Origin: Vicinamibacterales bacterium
GTDB taxonomy: Bacteria > Acidobacteriota > Vicinamibacteria > Vicinamibacterales > UBA2999
Length of the DNA: 64,000 bases
Assembly: GCA_035575715.1 (NCBI GenBank)
Contig: DATLXN010000011.1
Coordinates: 6,354-70,353, forward strand
Direction: 5' to 3'
Each line of letters starts with the position of its first letter. The first letter of the stretch is position 1. Made by a program: the position numbers and the translations under genes. Under the pieces are notes generated by a model that did no database searches, was not told where the DNA came from, and saw only the letters and a list, made by a program, of their open reading frames with translations. This document shows positions 61,134 to 64,000 of this stretch, piece by piece.

Positions 61134-63866
61134 TTATCGGCCTCCCAGGCTGATCATGTTGGCCATCAGCCGATAGGCGCCGTCCGTCCCGGCCGGCAAC
61201 TGACGCCACAGGCCCAGTCCGACATAGAGCCAGCGACCGCGACCCACCTTCGCCTCCACCAGCGCGCCCAGCTTCCCCCCGTTATTGAACGGAAACGGGT
61301 CCTCGAACTCGAGCAGGTCGACAATCTGCGGATCGCGGCCGGCCGTATCAAAAAAGTACAACCCCCGCTCCTGTCGCCAGCCTTTCCAGTCGGCCTCGGT
61401 GATCCGGTTGGGGGTCGTGAAGATTGGATGCTGCGGCTGCAACACCCGGACGACGGAGTTTTCGTCGGTCACGCGCTCGCGCCCGACCTTGCCGGCGAAG
61501 GGCCCGTACTGCGCTTCGTTGAACTCGAACTTGTTGTAATTGACGATCACCGTGCCGCCGGCACGCGCGTAGTCGAGCAGACGCTGATTGTTCGCGCGCA
61601 GATCGGCGCGACGTTCGTAGGCACGGACGCCGGTCATCATCACGTCGAAGCGACTGAGATCGCCCCACGCGAGTTCGTCGGCGGTCAGCAGTTCGACGCG
61701 GGCGCCCAATTGTTCCAGCGCCGTCGGCACTTCATCACCGACGCCCATCACGTAACCCACCGTCAGGTTCGGCTTGACCTTGACGTCCAGCGTCTTGACG
61801 ATGACTTCCGGCGTGCGCAGCACATGGCGTCGGGTGGTATGTGGATATTCGACGACCTGGTATCCATCGGTATAGGTGGTCGTGCCGTCGTTCACCCGCG
61901 CTTTGATTGCCACATCTCGTGGCTTCGACGAGAAATCAGGAACCAGCCGGAATCGCACGGTCATCGACTCGTCTTCACGGGTGAACGCCACCGGCGCGCT
62001 GGCCGGGGTGGCCCGCCAGTCGCGCGGCAACTCGAGCTGCACGGTGGCCTGTGCCGCACCGCGCGCGTGATTGGTGACGGTGACGCGCACATCACGTCCT
62101 GCGGAATCTGACGCACGGCCGGTCGGTCCCGCCGGCAGCGGCACCACGGCAATCTCCGGAGAGACGGTCACCGCAAACGTCGGCACGACATGCAGTTCGC
62201 CACGCTTTTCCCCACTGAAGATGTTGCCTTCGGATCGGAACTGCACCGGGATGGTGGTCGTGACATCGACGCCGGCGATATTCAACAGGAATTGCGCGGT
62301 AAACGGCGTCGGCCGAAACGGCAGCCCCGCCGGCACATCGGGGTCGACGATGAAGCGGGCGGCGTCCGGTGCGTATTTGAAATGCGCGGCGGTGAGGCGC
62401 GCGTTGGCCGGCACCCGCGGTGACACCGTGCAACTCGACCGGCTTTCCGACCCGCGCATCAACACATCGTCTTTGCACAATTCGGCTTGCGCATCAAAGC
62501 CGGTCAGCGCCCGGCGTGAAATCATCACTGGCACGACACCGCTGCGATTGGCCGCCATCAGATCGATCTGAACAGTCTGGCCGGCGACGACGAGCGCATC
62601 GCGGGCGATCGCTTCGAGCCGCACATCAGCGGCATGCATCAGCGCTTCGCCAAACTGCGTGTCCTTGAGTCGAAGGCGATGCGCGATCTCGAAGCGCGCC
62701 TGGTCTGAAATGGGTAGCGACGACAACGAAGAGCGCAGCTCGCGGACGGCGCCGAGCCCGCGCAGTAAGGCCGGAACGGTCGCCGTCGAACCACCGCGAT
62801 CGAACGCGGCGCGCGCTTCCAGCACCGCCGCGGCAACGCGCTCGAGTCGCGAGGTCAGCGCCTGTGGCGGTTGCTCACCGGCAAACTGCGCCAGGCTGGT
62901 AATGCGCGTGTCGAGACCGTCAAACGGCTCGCTTTCGGTGCGGTTGACGCCATCGGACAACACCGTGTCGCGCAGCCGGTAGCCGCGCGGGGCGCCCGGT
63001 CCCATTGCGGTCGGCGTGGCGGCCGGCAGCGGCAACAGCTGCGACATGCCTTGACACTTGTGCATGCTGCGTGCTTCACCGGCGATCTCGCCGTAGGTGC
63101 GCCCGAGCAGCGGGTCATAAACGTCGCCGCCGCCAAATGCGAGCAACTTGGTTGCCCCTTCACCGGTCAGCGCCGGAGCGCCGCCAGGGCCGGGGCCGCC
63201 GAAGCCAGCCGTGTAATAGAACTTCCTGGGTTGCCACGGCCGCAGCCCGTCTTTGGCCATCTGCTCGGGAAACGCATTCGGGTCGGCGGCAGCGCGAAAC
63301 GCTTCGGCCGTCAGTCGCGAGGAGGCCTGGTGATGTTGACCGCCGCCGGCGCCGTCAAAGACAAAGCCGACGATGACGTCGGGGCGGATCGTGCGGATCA
63401 TGCGGACGTAGTCACCGAGGATTTCCTGCTTCCCCCACTTCTCGAGCGTCTCTTCGATGCTGAAGGAGTAACCAAAATCGACCGCGCGCGTGAAGTACTG
63501 CTCGGCGCCGTCGAATCGGTGGGCGGCAAGTAACTCCTCGGTGCGCAACACCGACAACGCTTCGAACAGCTCGGGACCGATTTCGTTCTGCCCGCCCTCG
63601 CCGCGCGTCGCGGCGACCAGCGATATCCGGTAGCCCTTGCCGTGCGCGTAATACGCGAGCATCGCGTTGTTCTCGTCGTCGGGATGCGCCGTCGTCATCA
63701 TGAAGTTGCCGACGGTGTCGAGCTTGCGGAGCACCAACTCCAACGCCGGTTCGCCGCGCATCGTCGTCACCGGCTGCAGGCGGTGTTGGGCGGCGGGGGC
63801 GGTGGCAACGGCCACAAGGGCGAGGAGGACGATGGCAGTGGTTCGACGCATCCTGTCAGCGTACAA
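61134..63866 (-). CDS. large secreted PIG-L/LmbE-family deacetylase with long C-terminal extension
   Basis: Signal peptide present. AHPDDE motif (MMTTAHPDDENNAML) and RGEGGQN. The C-terminal region of about 650 aa includes a ThuA/GATase-like tail. An alternative start is Met6 at 63851. Confidence 0.7.
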   Translation of the reverse strand: MYADRMRRTTAIVLLALVAVATAPAAQHRLQPVTTMRGEPALELVLRKLDTVGNFMMTTAHPDDENNAMLAYYAHGKGYRISLVAATRGEGGQNEIGPELFEALSVLRTEELLAAHRFDGAEQYFTRAVDFGYSFSIEETLEKWGKQEILGDYVRMIRTIRPDVIVGFVFDGAGGGQHHQASSRLTAEAFRAAADPNAFPEQMAKDGLRPWQPRKFYYTAGFGGPGPGGAPALTGEGATKLLAFGGGDVYDPLLGRTYGEIAGEARSMHKCQGMSQLLPLPAATPTAMGPGAPRGYRLRDTVLSDGVNRTESEPFDGLDTRITSLAQFAGEQPPQALTSRLERVAAAVLEARAAFDRGGSTATVPALLRGLGAVRELRSSLSSLPISDQARFEIAHRLRLKDTQFGEALMHAADVRLEAIARDALVVAGQTVQIDLMAANRSGVVPVMISRRALTGFDAQAELCKDDVLMRGSESRSSCTVSPRVPANARLTAAHFKYAPDAARFIVDPDVPAGLPFRPTPFTAQFLLNIAGVDVTTTIPVQFRSEGNIFSGEKRGELHVVPTFAVTVSPEIAVVPLPAGPTGRASDSAGRDVRVTVTNHARGAAQATVQLELPRDWRATPASAPVAFTREDESMTVRFRLVPDFSSKPRDVAIKARVNDGTTTYTDGYQVVEYPHTTRRHVLRTPEVIVKTLDVKVKPNLTVGYVMGVGDEVPTALEQLGARVELLTADELAWGDLSRFDVMMTGVRAYERRADLRANNQRLLDYARAGGTVIVNYNKFEFNEAQYGPFAGKVGRERVTDENSVVRVLQPQHPIFTTPNRITEADWKGWRQERGLYFFDTAGRDPQIVDLLEFEDPFPFNNGGKLGALVEAKVGRGRWLYVGLGLWRQLPAGTDGAYRLMANMISLGGR

Positions 63867-64000
63867 GACAAGGCGCCGGATCGAAAAGATCGCACTTAAA
63901 GACGTTGAACTTCAGCGGCCCGCAAACCGCACCGTCGCGGATAACGAGACAGACCGTCCCGGCGCAGGCACCGCGCGGACATCCTGGCTGGCCAGGTAGT

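Noticed and set aside
63867-64000. Possible partial gene at the right edge (plus-strand ORF 63667-63999 or an open minus-strand frame).
   Set aside because: The plus-strand ORF is antisense to the PIG-L gene 5' end. The remaining 130 nt give no recognisable motif in any frame, which is too little sequence to call.

Overview
High-GC bacterial chromosomal segment (about two-thirds G+C by eye), densely coding on both strands, with about 50 genes. I saw no rRNA, tRNA, CRISPR, transposase or integrase. The gene content suggests an Acidobacteriota-like soil organism; this is inference only. It includes a VWFA-related acidobacterial-type protein, two CarboxypepD_reg-type TonB-dependent receptors, an ECF-sigma/Ser-Thr-kinase fusion, a DUF1800/DUF1501 pair and many signal-peptide-bearing hydrolases. 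Recognisable blocks are modABC with a divergent HTH-TOBE regulator, a compact hisIGDCBHFA operon, msrB, a VapBC toxin-antitoxin pair, and a TPR/small-protein/quinohemoprotein operon. Main observations: (1) A 23-codon leader ORF with two HHH runs, followed by a terminator and a complementary antiterminator, sits directly upstream of hisI and looks like a classical attenuator. (2) Short 7-8 nt tandem-repeat arrays and hairpins built from such repeats fill many intergenic regions. The largest is a 30-unit, 210-nt heptamer array that occupies a divergent promoter region. Two gene modules are bracketed by arrays of the same repeat family. (3) A 1162-aa single-ORF fusion of ECF sigma, Ser/Thr kinase, STAND NTPase and TPR. 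(4) A tandem pair of heme-c domains fused to a PHM/DBH-like copper monooxygenase fold; one copy has all Cu ligands and the other has lost them. (5) A Tat-signal HisC-like aminotransferase. All functional calls come from motif recognition by eye. No database search, RNA folding program or statistics could be run.
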